DNA of 46,631 nt from Octopus bimaculoides (lineage: Eukaryota). The stretch spans positions 18,857,331 through 18,903,961 of the forward strand of contig NC_068995.1 of the NCBI RefSeq assembly GCF_001194135.2, read 5' to 3'. The notes under the pieces were generated by a model. That model saw nothing but the letters and a program-made list of their open reading frames with translations, was not told the origin of the DNA and searched no databases. Below are positions 1-13,444 of the stretch, one piece after another (position 1 is the first letter of the stretch; the number at the start of each line of letters is the position of its first letter). The translations under genes and the position numbers were made by a program.

Positions 1-30
<30 letters not shown>

Positions 31-31
<1 letters not shown>

Positions 32-402
32 CTTTTATTTGTTTCAGTCATTTGACTGCGGCTATGATGGAGCCCCGCATTTTAGTCGAATAATTCGAAC
101 CCCAGGACTTATTTTTGTAAGCCTAGTACTTATTCTATCGCTCTCTTTGCCGAACCGCTAGTTACGGGGACGTGAACACACCAACATCGGTTGTCAAGCG
201 ATGATGGGGGGACAAACAAACTTACACACGCACATGTATATACGACTGACGTCTTTCAGTTTCTGTCTGCCAAATCCACTCACAATGATTTGGTCGACCC
301 GAGCCTATAGTAGAAAATACCTGCCCAAGCTGCTACGCAGTGGGATTGAACTGGGAACCATGTGGTTGGTAAGGGAGCTACTTGCCACACAAACACTCCT
401 AT
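31..402 (-). mobile_element. tRNA-derived SINE, family A (octopus-type), near full length
   Basis: Reverse strand reads a tRNA-like head (GGAGTGTTTGTGTGGCAAGTAGC...GGTTCCCAGTTCAATCCC), then CTTGGGCAGGTATTTTCTACTATAGGCTCGGGTCGACCAAA, an internal TG/TA tract and the tail GCCGCAGTCAAATGACTGAAACAAATAAAAGA. The same sequence recurs at 24895, 33572, 40701 and 43985. Confidence 0.88.
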
Positions 403-1296
403 TTGTATATACAAGACGATAGAGTGAGGCGGAATAGAGAAAAGTTGTGAGTGAGAGCTGGAGAGATAGTTAGATAGATAGATATATACATACATACATT
501 CATACATACATACATACATATATACATACATATTACATACATACATACCTACATACATAATAGAAACAGACAAAAATGTACATAAGTTTATATTAATATT
601 AATATTAATGCGCTGTTAGTGTATATACATTCGCACACATATGGAAGTGCATTTCAATACACACGCTCACACACTCTGTCACACATATATAAAAGTACAT
701 GCAGATAATATATATATGATTATGCATACGCGTGTTTCTTGTATTTCCACATATATGAATATCTGTACACATACATATACTCTTATGCTTATGCGCGTTT
801 CTTTGTATGTCTGTGTATGCTTGTGTGTATGGACGCGTGTGTGTATAAATGGATGGGTGTCGGTGTGTAAGTGTAAAATCTGAACCGTAATTATTGTTTA
901 GACTCACAACAAATGTACATTATCATACATCTAATCATTTTATAGGGTGGACTGTCAAAGATTCGGCAATAGTTGTTATCGTCCGGTGACAAAAGCCATT
1001 TATATTATAAGGTTTATACAGTTGGAGATTTCTATGAGTAGGCGATTTTCGTGTGGAATCGGAGAAAACTGTTCTACACTGGAATTAAAATAATAGGTAT
1101 GTAATAACGGTTGACAAATGCATTCATGGTTGGAAATATGCACATATTCATATGGAGACAATAAAAAGTAAATGAAGAAGAAAACAAGGAGACAAGGAAC
1201 AGGAGGAGGAAAATTAGTATATGAAATAGAAATATAATAGCTAAAGTGGGTGTGTGATACATGGTGGGTGTGTGATTCATCGATAAACGTTAAAGG

Positions 1297-1478
1297 AGAT
1301 AATAAACAAGCACAACTTTTGGCATTATTCTAGAACATTATATTTATAATATAAAAAGAGTGCAGAGAAGTTATAATAAATAAGTATTTAGACGTAACGA
1401 ATTCATTATAACTAATATGTTTATATTATAAATTAATTGTTCTAGAATGATGCCAAATGTTTTCCTTGTTCATTATCT
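1297..1478. repeat. Inverted repeat/foldback: 59-bp arms (1297-1355, 1420-1478) with a 64-nt spacer
   Basis: Left arm AGATAATAAACAAGCACAACTTTTGGCATTATTCTAGAACATTATATTTATAATATAAA matches the reverse complement of the right arm at 51/59 positions without gaps. Confidence 0.85.
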
Positions 1479-2267
1479 GTTTTGATGTATACCTACTAAC
1501 AATGAACCACTTGTAGCCATATTTGATAGGCAATTTTAACACCACATTTCTCAGTTGCAGTTCAAGGTGGACTTTTAGCGATAAACCAAACTGAACACTC
1601 ATAGCACATTCCTGTTATATTATATTGTTTGACGAAAATGTTTTGTAACTAGAAATGTAAAAAAAAAAAAATAATAAATAAATAAAAAAATCGGGATTTC
1701 TTCCATTTCCTAGTGTTAACTATTTAAGTTCTGCCTGTGTATGTATGTGTGCCGGAGATGAGAAATATGCGTCTGGATCTGGATTAATTCGAAAACTTGG
1801 ACGAGAGTAACAAACATTTATCAAATGAATTTTATGTTCTCGGGTCTGAAGGAGTAGTATTGTATCTAGAGATCATGAATGGTTCATAGATATGATGTTA
1901 TATATGTATATAAATCTGCGTGCGTGTGCGCCTGTGTGCATGTGCCACAGTGCATTCGTGTTTATGCATTCTTTATTTTGCTCCAATTCGCTTCATCATT
2001 CGAAAATTTAGACACACTTTCACTTACGAATCCAAATTACTTATCCCTATCTCTATCATTTTTCTCTCTTCCTAATACTTTTTGAATAACCTGGCCGAAA
2101 AGGTTATGATAAAAGGAGGGGGGGGGAGCGCTAAATAAATCCAAATGCGTTACCATAATCTTTAAACGAACGGAGTTATGGAATAAAAATTATTGTTATT
2201 GCTGAAAACAAAGGAGAAAATGATGCATCGTTAAAAGACATCATCTACAACACGAAACAGGTAGAGG

Positions 2268-2269
<2 letters not shown>

Positions 2270-2318
<49 letters not shown>
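2270..2318. repeat. (AAT)n microsatellite
   Basis: Perfect trinucleotide run. Confidence 0.97.
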
Positions 2319-2944
2319 CATAATATCAAGTCAACAATAACAAAAACTTCGCCAATAATCAGAACAAGTAGAATGAACTGCTGAAGGCGAGGAGAGAGTG
2401 GATATGGGAAAAGGTTGGGTGGAAAGAAAAGTGAATTCGAAACGAAGGCGTTAAAATGAGAAGAAATTGTGGGCTCATTTATCTCAACGTGTGCTAACGT
2501 GACAAAAACAATGCACAATTCTAGACAGATATATTCGGCGAGGATGTATTCGAAAATAAATCTATCTCGAAGAAGGCCTCCTCTAGACAGTATATTGGAA
2601 CATCGCCAGCATCTGTTAACTTGTGAACATGCTCTTTAATATCAATTGGTTGAACATCACAATCATTGAATGTTTGTTCTTCCTGGATAAGTGATGAAAT
2701 GACGAGAATGCATAGATGTGTTTATATGTACAGGGAGAGAGGGAAAATAATTGGATAAGCACGGTATCTATATTACTTCTACGATACAAGTATATATATG
2801 CATACAGCAATACAGAACAGTATATATTCAGACGTATATAGCTGTATGTGTTTGTGTGCGCGCACGTGAAGCGTATTAGCTATAACTATAAGTGTGCATG
2901 TGTATATATGTATATACATTTACATATATAAGTATATGGTACCA

Positions 2945-2978
<34 letters not shown>

Positions 2979-4169
2979 ATTGAATAACATGTATACATGC
3001 ACACATATATTTACATACATCAATGCATATACATATGTGTGTGTGTGTGTGCGTATGTGTTACTGCATGTGTGTGCGTACACGTGTGTGCATGTCTCTGT
3101 GTGTCTGTGTTTGTCTATGAAAGCACTAAATACACGCATGTAAGCACACAGACATTCATATACAAGTGGAATTTATTTGATAAATATAGATAAAAGTAGG
3201 TACACCGAATATTCCAATGTAATAAACTAATATGTTCTATAGGAAACATGATAAATATATTGTTCTATACAATCCAGTGTATGTTATATTAGTTACTGAG
3301 AAAATTTTTCAACAAGTTTAAACAACGTAATTCAGTATCAGTCCATCCTGTGGAACATCCGCACGTGTAGCGCCACGGAAAATAGTACTATAGGGCAAGG
3401 AATATATCAACTGAATTTATAGTTAGATCAGCATCTATACTGTTATTGTTACAAGAGCATAAAAGGCTGGGATCTAGGTGATAAATAAGCAGCAACCACC
3501 CACTCATACGCTCACAATTCATACACATACCTTACATGTGCACAGAGGCGCTCACTCATATATACTTGAATGCATATATGAGTAATGCATCTATCTGACT
3601 GTGGATAAGCACACTCATATATATACATACATTTGTTCTCCCTTGTTTAGATTCACTATATAAATATATATCTAAGTAAGCTAACTATAATATATGTGTG
3701 TTATGTTTACATTGACTTTCTTGTGCTAGTTACTTACCTGATGTTCTAAATGATCTTGACACCTTTTACCCTATCAGCTGGAATAAGAGCCGATGGCCTT
3801 CAAATCATACCCCAAACTTCTCAGTTAGAAAAAAGGATATAATGTAATATCGCCCCTATGTGTATCGAAATATGAAAAGTTGACTTTAATGTGTTTTCTC
3901 GAATAATACTGACTGTTGCGAAATAAGGTGTGACTTAGACTAACAGTGACATAACAGACCTACATAGAATGTACTCGATTATTAAAGACGCAATGGGTCG
4001 TACATCAGCCTGATTGAATGGATATAAATATATTAAAATAATCTTTAATGGTGAGTTATCATCACATGATAATCCACTGATTGGAATAAATGGAAAATTA
4101 AACGTTTTGCTCCATTGCACCAATGCTATCATCAGACAAATTATCTGTACTACTTCTGTAATCATAACA

Positions 4170-4420
4170 GTCTCACTACAGCAGATCCAGCTGATTCATA
4201 ATTTATAAAACTATTTCGTAAAGTCCTCGCCACACACCAGGGCAACCGATATTTGCTAAAATTACTGCTGGCAACAATACATAAAAACATGCGTGAAAAT
4301 TGATGAATCGAACAATAATCAAGCAGAGATCTTAAAGGACAGAAGTAACCACTGCGCAGAATATTTTCATCGCAGGATCTGGGAATACGGAATATAAATC
4401 TCAAGATAGGTATTATTGTA
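4170..4420 (-). mobile_element. Decayed CR1/L2-like LINE ORF2 fragment downstream of the RT core
   Basis: Minus-strand frames give ILRFIFRIPRSCDENILRSGYFCPLRSLLDYCSI (compare LGFI.R.F..R....L..LY...VR..LEY.S) and RGLYEIVL*IMNQLD (compare RGDLI..YKI..GLD). Stops and frameshifts are present. Confidence 0.42.
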
Positions 4421-4443
4421 GATTTGTTTCTATCACAAAAACA

Positions 4444-4499
4444 TTCACCTCACTATATACGACTATGGTATCGACAAGATTATTAACGAAAACTGTATA
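4444..4499. repeat. 56-bp dispersed direct repeat, copy 1
   Basis: TTCACCTCACTATATACGACTATGGTATCGACAAGATTATTAACGAAAACTGTATA; 54/56 identical to 8027-8082. Confidence 0.92.
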
Positions 4500-5367
4500 T
4501 GTTTATGCTATGAATATGAATATGAATATTGTACTGCTGTCCATTGCTAGGAATATCATGTTTAAGGTTACTTTCGAAAATTATTGGTCCAATCAATATT
4601 AAAAATACGTTACTGCGGTAAAACTCGTGAAGTAGCTTCCAATGGGACACAGGCCATCATATGGCTAAATGAATCTACCCCAATCGAAGCTAATTGAATT
4701 TACTACATTTCCTAGGCTTCAGTGAAAATTAAAAACAGTCGTAATTCAAAATCTAACATGTGTTAGGTTAGCTTTAGAAAAATGCTACCCTAATTAGAAA
4801 AATACGAATATAAGAAAAACAACAATAATAAAATAATGGTTGAAAGACCAGCTGCAATTTGAATTGCAATTTATGGGTGGGATTCCTGGACGAGAGATGC
4901 CAAACTGAAAATATCATGTCATTCGAAATGACATGTTATAGTATGGTACTTCGAAATTTCTTTTACTGAATTTCGAGATAACAAGCAAGTTAGGAAAGAA
5001 ACTGTTAGCAAATTTAAAAATGCAATTTACCCTGAATATTTTTAATAGACGGAAAATCATTTGGTTTGATGGGATAAAGATATACTGTGTTACCCTACAT
5101 CTTGTTAACGAAGCTATATACAGAACAAAAGCTTGAAAAAATTCAAGTAAGGGATAGGAAAAATGATTGGGGTACATCAATGAATGACGACGAAAAAAAT
5201 GGCAGAAAATATGATGTTGGTGGTTGAATGAGGTAAATGGATATTGTTCAATTATGCTGTGCTACTACATTTTGACAAACTAACATCCCAGCGATATGCA
5301 GCAAATTTTGCACTTATTTAAAACGCGAATACCTACCCATATAAATACATACAGGCACACGCATCAC

Positions 5368-5444
<77 letters not shown>

Positions 5445-6353
5445 AACATCTACATATAGGCATACGCATATGTGTGTATTTGTGTGTCTGTCTCTGTGGG
5501 TGTATTGTTTATTACTGATTCCAAATAACTCTTCGTATCTCGGTATAAATCAGCATATTTTTTCTGCCTTAAAAAAATTAAACCTGATGGCTACGCAAAA
5601 TAATATTTCTTGAATCATCTCAAAATTGACCCTGACATTTCTAATTTAAATATTCCATTCGGTATAACGTAACATCTTCGAAAACAAACATAATATTAAC
5701 CTCGTATAAACAACAGAAATAAATAAATGCTAACGCCTTTCATAGATTAAAATTAATAACACTCAGGCAATGAAACGAATGCTAAACTTCAATAAAAGGT
5801 TGTGCAATTCAATCAAATAGTCATAAAGGTTTTGAACCGAAGTAACATCACCAGACGTTCAACCAACTCAGAATTCATCCTTAAAATGGCTAGATCACAA
5901 TTTTACTATCATACCTTTCCTCTCTATCTGTAAAGTATAAACATTAACCAACTGCTTATATACTTATCATCATATCTTTTGACACTTTCTATTAAATCTG
6001 CCCTTAGACATAATAATATTCCATGATTAAAACCACACTTCGGAGAAGTTTGAGGAATTTAATTTTTTAACACCACATAGAAATCAACAATATGCCATGG
6101 GCCATATTTTATGCATTTTCCGGTGCTTCAATATTCTTAAACTAATTTTGCTTTTTAAATTAATAATTTTCTCTTTATTTTACTATTATTTACCGCTAAC
6201 ATAACCTGACTTGTAAAGAAGCCAAATTCGATATTGCAATTAGTTGCAAGTCCTCCTGGTTATTAAAAATTTCTTTATTATTTACAGTCCTTATACTGAT
6301 ACGCGCTTCTTTCAATCTGCTTTAATTCCCCTTCAACGAATTACCAGTCTTAC

Positions 6354-6437
6354 GTAGCAAAATTCATTTCATCTGCAACATCACCTATAAAAGTTGTACT
6401 TTCAGACATTTCCGTCATATCAACATCCGTGGTAGTC
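6354..6437 (-). CDS. Candidate internal coding exon (84 nt, phase 2-2), unknown product
   Basis: Acceptor GTGTTTTGATATCAG and donor GTAAGA; only one frame is open: TTTDVDMTEMSESTTFIGDVADEMNFA. No homolog recognised. Confidence 0.28.
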
Positions 6438-6506
6438 CTGATATCAAAACACACGCACGTTGGCATACTCCCACATATAACACTTACATAAATACATATA
6501 CAAGCA

Positions 6507-6559
<53 letters not shown>

Positions 6560-7480
6560 CCACATTATCTCATATTATAAGCATTCGTATATTAACAGAA
6601 ATTAGCTTTTCTTGGCTGTGTTTAGTCTAGAATTCTCTTAGAATTTTGGCATTTGATAATATAACTAATATTTATATCAAATAGTTGGTAAATTGATCGT
6701 TTTCATATTTAATGAAGGCAATCTGTCACATTCCACTTGCCGTTTCCACTCCAATAATTCAATATTGTCTTCTTGTGTAAGTAGACCTTAATCTGTTCAA
6801 TGTTTAACAGTTAACATTGTAACGTTTCCTAACATTACTCCTTCTCTGAAGATATAATGAATGAAAGAAAGTGCATACGAATTCACGATAAAATGACGCC
6901 GAAGAAATAATCCACAAACAATAATGTAGCAAAGGTGATCCCACATTCAAATCATTGAAAGAGTGTTCTCTTCTTTAACATTTATATTAACAAAATCTTA
7001 TTCATGGAGGTAATTTCGTACACGGGTGTATGCATATTTATTACACACACGCACGCGCGCGCACATACAGGCACACACACTACATTCACACATACAGGCA
7101 CAAATTCACACAGACAAACCACATCACACTCAAACACACTCACATGTACACACATGCGCAAATACATATATACACGTAGCATAAATAATGGCCGTTACAT
7201 ATTTCGTTATTGCAGTAAATTTGACTCTCTCTCTCTCTCTCTCTCTCTTTGTATATATGTATGTATATATATATTGTTGTATTTGGGGACGGTCATGTTA
7301 TATATATATATATANNNNNNNNNNNNNNNNNNNNNNNNNNNNNNNNNNNNNNNNNNNNNNNNNNNNNNNNNNNNNNNNNNNNNNNNNNNNNNNNNNNNNN
7401 NNNNNNNNNNNNNNNNNNNNNNNNNNNNNNNNNNNNNNNNNNNNNNNNNNNNNNNNNNNNNNNNNNNNNNNNNNNNNNNN

Positions 7481-7596
<116 letters not shown>

Positions 7597-7817
7597 CGTG
7601 TGTGGGTATTTATTTGTCTCTCTAAGTACAAAGAAAGGAGAGAGTGAGTGAAATAGTGAGAGAGAGGGGAGAGAGACGCATAGACAGAGTTGCTAAGGAA
7701 CGAAATATGGTATTTTCGTACACTTTCTCTATACGTCTCTCCATCGCAACCTACTATTCGATGTAGAATCTGATGAGAGTGGCTTAAGTGAATGTGAAAA
7801 TATTTTTTCAGTCTTAC

Positions 7818-7847
7818 AATCGCTTTCCTAATCTAGCTTTATTGTTC
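7818..7847 (-). CDS. Candidate micro-exon (30 nt, phase 2-2), unknown product
   Basis: Acceptor TACCTTTACAG and donor GTAAGA; one open frame, NNKARLGKR; phase-compatible with 6354-6437. Confidence 0.22.
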
Positions 7848-8026
7848 CTGTAAAGGTACCCATAAGCACATATGCAATCACTTACACATAAACATACACA
7901 CATACACATATGCACAGAATCCACACACACACATACACACATACACAACATCTCAATCAGCTAACTGTTGTATTGGCCTCACGGGCTCAAATCTGTTCTC
8001 CTTTGTTCTTGATATACACTACACTC

Positions 8027-8082
8027 TTCACCTCACTATTTACGACTATGGTATCGACAAGATTATTAACGAGAACTGTATA
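8027..8082. repeat. 56-bp dispersed direct repeat, copy 2
   Basis: TTCACCTCACTATTTACGACTATGGTATCGACAAGATTATTAACGAGAACTGTATA; 54/56 identical to 4444-4499. Confidence 0.92.
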
Positions 8083-8527
8083 CATTCTATATGGAAAGAA
8101 CCACGAAAATAAAGGATTAAATATAGATGCGAATCTAACATTTATATACATGGGCACAACATTTACATGTCTTTATATTTTTAGAATAGCGGTGGTGAAG
8201 TTTTCAGAAATAAATGCCGGCTACTATAAATGTGAACGTACACAACGCTGTATACCGAAAATGACAACGGGAATCGGGAAACGTTCTTAAACTGAAATTT
8301 ATATTCAACAAAAGCAACAGGGACCTCATACAAAGATATGCAAAATCATTTTTGAAAAGGTTGTAGCGGAACATAAGTCGTACTTTCAAAATAACAAATA
8401 AATGTTGTTGTACAAATGGATACCCGGGACTACAACAGAGACAGAGCAAGACGACTAGAAAATTTACTAGAAAATATGTCCTGAAAAATGCTTTTGTATA
8501 TTTATTTACACACACACGCACACACAA

Positions 8528-8558
<31 letters not shown>

Positions 8559-9761
8559 TATGTACATACGCACACCCATATATATATATATTTATATGTA
8601 TATATATGTGTGTAAGTATATATATATATGTATATGTGTGTAAGTATATATATATATATGTATATGTGTGTATACATGTATAATTATGTATGCATCTGTG
8701 TATGTCTATATATGTATAATCACAAACACTTCTTCACACTCACACACGCGCACTCGCACATAAGTGTAAAATATATATGTAAATAAGCATATATAAATAT
8801 GAATGCATATATAAATATATAGACGTACTTACACCCCCTCTCTTTCTCTGTATACATACATATATATATACATTTATATATATTAGTGTATGTATATATG
8901 AGGTTGCATGTGTATGTATATGTGTGTGTGTGTGTTTGTGTATGTATGCTTGTGTGTGTATTTGTGCGTGTGTTGTAGCAATCTATGTAATACATTTTTT
9001 TTTGTTTTATTGATAAGTCGTAGCTCACAAAAGAGCGTTCGATATTTATCCGCATACAAGATATTCTACAGGGATACGCTACTTCCAAAAGTGCATTTAC
9101 CTTCGGATAAGCTGTCATTACAGTGATACAGCCGAAGATGAATCACCAAGAAGACATTCAATGCAATTTCGGGAAACGAATGGTGAGTAACATCATAACA
9201 CCGTATATGCTTAGATTTATAAGAATCAGTAATAAAATTGAGAAACTTAGATCCTCTAGCACACCCATTGGTCGGTATAACCATTTCTATATTGGTTCAT
9301 AGAAGTATAATAAAGAACTACTAATATATGTATACACACACATACACATATATATATTATATCTGTATGTATGTAATCATGTATGCATCTATACATGTGT
9401 GTGTATATGTATATATATACAAGTTTGTACATGTGTATATGTGTACGTATATATGATATATACATATACATGTATATATGTGTGTATATATATTTGTGTA
9501 TATACATGTATGGCTATATATATATATACGTATATATATATATGTGTATATATATATGTGTATATATATATATGTGTATATATATGTGTATATNNNNNNN
9601 NNNNNNNNNNNNNNNNNNNNNNNNNNNNNNNNNNNNNNNNNNNNNNNNNNNNNNNNNNNNNNNNNNNNNNNNNNNNNNNNNNNNNNNNNNNNNNNNNNNN
9701 NNNNNNNNNNNNNNNNNNNNNNNNNNNNNNNNNNNNNNNNNNNNNNNNNNNNNNNNNNNNN

Positions 9762-9795
<34 letters not shown>

Positions 9796-12508
9796 AGTGT
9801 AAAGGTATGTTTCAGCATTTAATAAAATATTCAGATAATAATTTTTAGATACAAGTGTTTATACATTTGCCAGTCTAACAACATATTAACGTATGTATGT
9901 ATGTATGTATATATGTATACTTAGAAATGGGTGTGTGGCGTTCCACCGGCCTCTCTAATTCCCTTTTTCTCCCCTCCACCATCTTCTGTCTGTCCCTCTC
10001 TTCTTCGACTTCTATCTCTTCTCTTTTCAAATAAAATATTTCTCCCACCGTTCACTACATTCCTCTCGTTCTAGTTTAACAACCCACCATCTTTGTTTCC
10101 GTTCGGTTTCCTTGTATGCCTTTACTGTCCTGTTTTTGCTCCCAACTTTAACCCTCCATAAATAAAAAAAATATTTTGGAATCTATAGGAGCAACTGTCT
10201 TCAAAGACATCATATTATCATTGAAAGCTCGAAATGAGAAATAAATAGTCTGCCGACAAATGAAGGGTCGTTACGTGTTTCCTTTCCAGTTTCTATTATT
10301 TTTTCTCATTGTTTGCGTATTTAACTCGTTTGTTTTCGTAGTCCATGTTGTTTACACGGTAAGTGACGTCCTGTACCCATCTATGCATATCTTTCCCCTT
10401 ACATTTCCACGTGTAGTTTCTATTTTGTTTTTGTAACATATTTCTATTATATATATATATATATATATATATATNNNNNNNNNNNNNNNNNNNNNNNNNN
10501 NNNNNNNNNNNNNNNNNNNNNNNNNNNNNNNNNNNNNNNNNNNNNNNNNNNNNNNNNNNNNNNNNNNNNNNNNNNNNNNNNNNNNNNNNNNNNNNNNNNN
10601 NNNNNNNNNNNNNNNNNNNNNNNNNNNNNNNNNNNNNNNNNNNNNNNNNNNNNNNNNNNNNNNNNNNNNNNNNNNNNNNNNNNNNNNNNNNNNNNNNNNN
10701 NNNNNNNNNNNNNNNNNNNNNNNNNNNNNNNNNNNNNNNNNNNNNNNNNNNNNNNNNNNNNNNNNNNNNNNNNNNNNNNNNNNNNNNNNNNNNNNNNNNN
10801 NNNNNNNNNNNNNNNNNNNNNNNNNNNNNNNNNNNNNNNNNNNNNNNNNNNNNNNNNNNNNNNNNNNNNNNNNNNNNNNNNNNNNNNNNNNNNNNNNNNN
10901 NNNNNNNNNNNNNNNNNNNNNNNNNNNNNNNNNNNNNNNNNNNNNNNNNNNNNNNNNNNNNNNNNNNNNNNNNNNNNNNNNNNNNNNNNNNNNNNNNNNN
11001 CAATTGGCTGGTAACGTTTTGTCATGTATATATATATATATATATTCATTTCTTGTAATGAATATAAAGATAATTAACGTGGTATTATTTTGAACTCTAT
11101 CAAAAAAGAAAAAGAAAAAAAGAAAAACGAATCATCATAATTTGTAATATATGTCCATAATATCAGAAATGTAGGACCAAGAAGATATATGACGTGGTGT
11201 TTATTTTTCTTCGACGCAAACCAATAGTGTAAACTAAGAGGCATCTTTGCAACAGAGAATTACAACTCGGCCATGGCAGTGGCTCACATACAGTTGAAAC
11301 TCTTTGTTAATAATATGGATTACCTTTCGTATTGAGTTACTCATTTATTTGCATTCTTACAATATGTTGAGCACAGAGCGTTAAATACCATTTATATACC
11401 GCCTTGACATTATCAGAATGGAATATCTGGCGTATTGTGGCAGATTTGTTATGATTTCCTCCAAACTGCCTTTCGGTTTTCACAGATATCTCTGAGAATA
11501 AATGTTAGTGAAATCTAGCTTCACATTCACTTCACTCGTATTAATAAAAGAGAATGAAATGTCAAGAGCTGAGGCTGATCCATAAACTTTATCTACATAT
11601 TTAGGCCTCTTGTAAATTATACGATTTAATTCAATACTTTGGATATAGTGTGCACATTTGATAAGGACTACGTTGCTGAAAATCAGCTAGAATTTAAAGG
11701 AGCAATTCCTAATTGATCCCAAAGCAAAAGGAAGAACACATCTTTAAATAAGTTACTATGATATTGGCCCTCGGCAGGCTTCATGTATGTATCCCTAATA
11801 TAAAAGCTGTTCCTATTGCAACTCACAAGATACACTCTGCTAGTGTATTTAGCATTATATTGTTAAAAGGAGCCTACATTTTAGAAGATGGTGGACTGTA
11901 ATATGAATAACAGGCTACTATACCTAGCTGCTCAAGGGAATAACAAAACGCTTTATAGGCGTTTGGTATGCGATCCAAATTTTATATAGGTTTCACATTT
12001 TTGTGAACCAGTAGGGATAAATTGAAGTAGGTAGCACTAGGCATTGAATTTATAAGAAGAAAAAGAACGGAAAACATTTTATTTATTAGTATCCTGTGTA
12101 GTATAAAAAAAATGTTGGAAATGTTCCGCAACTATATTTTTTTTCAGTTAAATCTCAATGCAAAACAGCTTGTGTTAGTATAGTTTAAAATAGTTGCAAC
12201 CAAAAATTAATGCATGCAAGAAGGTTGAGCTCTTTCAAAGTTAAGACGATTTAACAAAGTATGCATATATACGTAGAATTACAACTCTTTGAATAAACTT
12301 AATACTTCGCAGCATACAACACCTACAAAAGGAAGGCAACCGTAGAAACACAATATATGAATCAGAATGAAAAAGTATATCATAGTCGGTGGTTATTTTT
12401 TTAAACTTTTGAAGACGAATAAGATGTCGAAATATCGTTCACTAGATGTTCAATGGCACTCTTATTTTAATTTCGACTCTATTTCTTCTGGAGGAGTTAA
12501 CTCAATCC

Positions 12509-12513
<5 letters not shown>

Positions 12514-12586
<73 letters not shown>

Positions 12587-12620
12587 CAACAACAACAACA
12601 ACAATAATAATAATGATAAT
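12514..12620. repeat. (AAT)n/(AAC)n microsatellite
   Basis: Read directly from the sequence; abuts the R4/Dong fragment. Confidence 0.97.
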
Positions 12621-12631
12621 AGATATAGATT

Positions 12632-13160
12632 GAGGACTGGATGTTAAATCTTGTCTCAAAACACGAAGACAAGAAATCTTCATACTCACTGACAAAACAG
12701 GCAAAGGAATATCTAAGTGAATTCCAAATACAACAAATTCCGGAAGTAGATTATTAGAATCAAGCGTAGAAAAAGCTTAGCGCATGAAAACCCGGGCTAT
12801 AACTGCTGCCTTAGATATTCTGACTGATAAATGGCAATAAAAACCTCTCAATGGCAAATACCAAAAGAGAGCGAATAATGCCGATGTTGACAGAGCCCTT
12901 ACCTATCAATGGCTAATGGCTACTAGCTTAAAATCGGAAGAGTTTATCATAGCAGTCCAAGAGCAGTGCCTACCTACAAGGAGCTACATGCCAACATATT
13001 AAAGAACGGCAGCTTCCCAACATGTCGTGTATGTCAACACTAAAAGGAAACCATTGATCATGTTGTCACCATGTGCAGTGTTCTTGCGCCTACAGAATAT
13101 CTCAACAGGCATGATGGAGCAGCACAATATATATTCATTGGGTAATTTGAAAAAACTTGG
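12632..13160 (+). mobile_element. R4/Dong-clade non-LTR retrotransposon fragment (post-RT region and CCHC zinc knuckle), pseudogenised
   Basis: Translates to EDWMLNLVSKHEDKKSSYSLTKQAKEY...KWQ*KPLNGKY...TYQWLMATSLKSEEFIIAVQEQCLPTRSY/ANILKNGSFPTCRVCQH*KETIDHVVTMCSVLAPTEYLNRHDGAAQYIHWVI. Shows C-X2-C-X8-H-X4-C (13023-13076) followed by the RHD motif typical of RLE-encoding R4/Dong elements. Confidence 0.88.
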
Positions 13161-13444
13161 ACAGAGAGAGAGAAAGAGACAGAGAAAGAGTCGGAGAGAG
13201 AGGCATCTATGACATGTGGTAGGCGGAACGTAAAATTTATTACGTGGTTAAAAAATTTAGATGAAGATAGCGATCTACAGGAGAGATAGGAATATAATTT
13301 TAGCAGAGTGGTGATGTTCTGGTGATGAGATTAAAGTAAAGCAGAAAGTGAAAGAGAGAGATAGAGATGGTGGCAGTGGCGGCGATCGTGAGTACCTAGT
13401 GAAATATATATATATATATATTTAATTGGTCTAAGTTTTTAATA

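Noticed and set aside
940-1090. QRFGNSCYR resembling a C-type lectin start
   Set aside because: The rest of the frame lacks lectin motifs and conserved Trp/Cys residues.
2520-2596. 15-bp direct repeat TCTAGACAG(A)TATATT around a 46-bp weakly self-complementary insert
   Set aside because: Only two copies and no similar spacers, so not CRISPR-like; too short to call a TSD-flanked element.
3734-3777. Minus-strand exon ending at a strong CAG|GTAAGT donor (intron would start at 3737)
   Set aside because: From the better acceptor all frames contain stops; the alternative acceptor is poor.
8185-8240. IAVVKFSEINAGYYKCE resembling an Ig F-strand G-x-Y-x-C motif
   Set aside because: Only a short motif with a weak donor and no other Ig strands.
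8300-8480. Possible plus-strand RT fragment (ICKIIFEKVV...WIPGTTTETEQ)
   Set aside because: Similarity to RT domains 1-2 is too weak and short to call.
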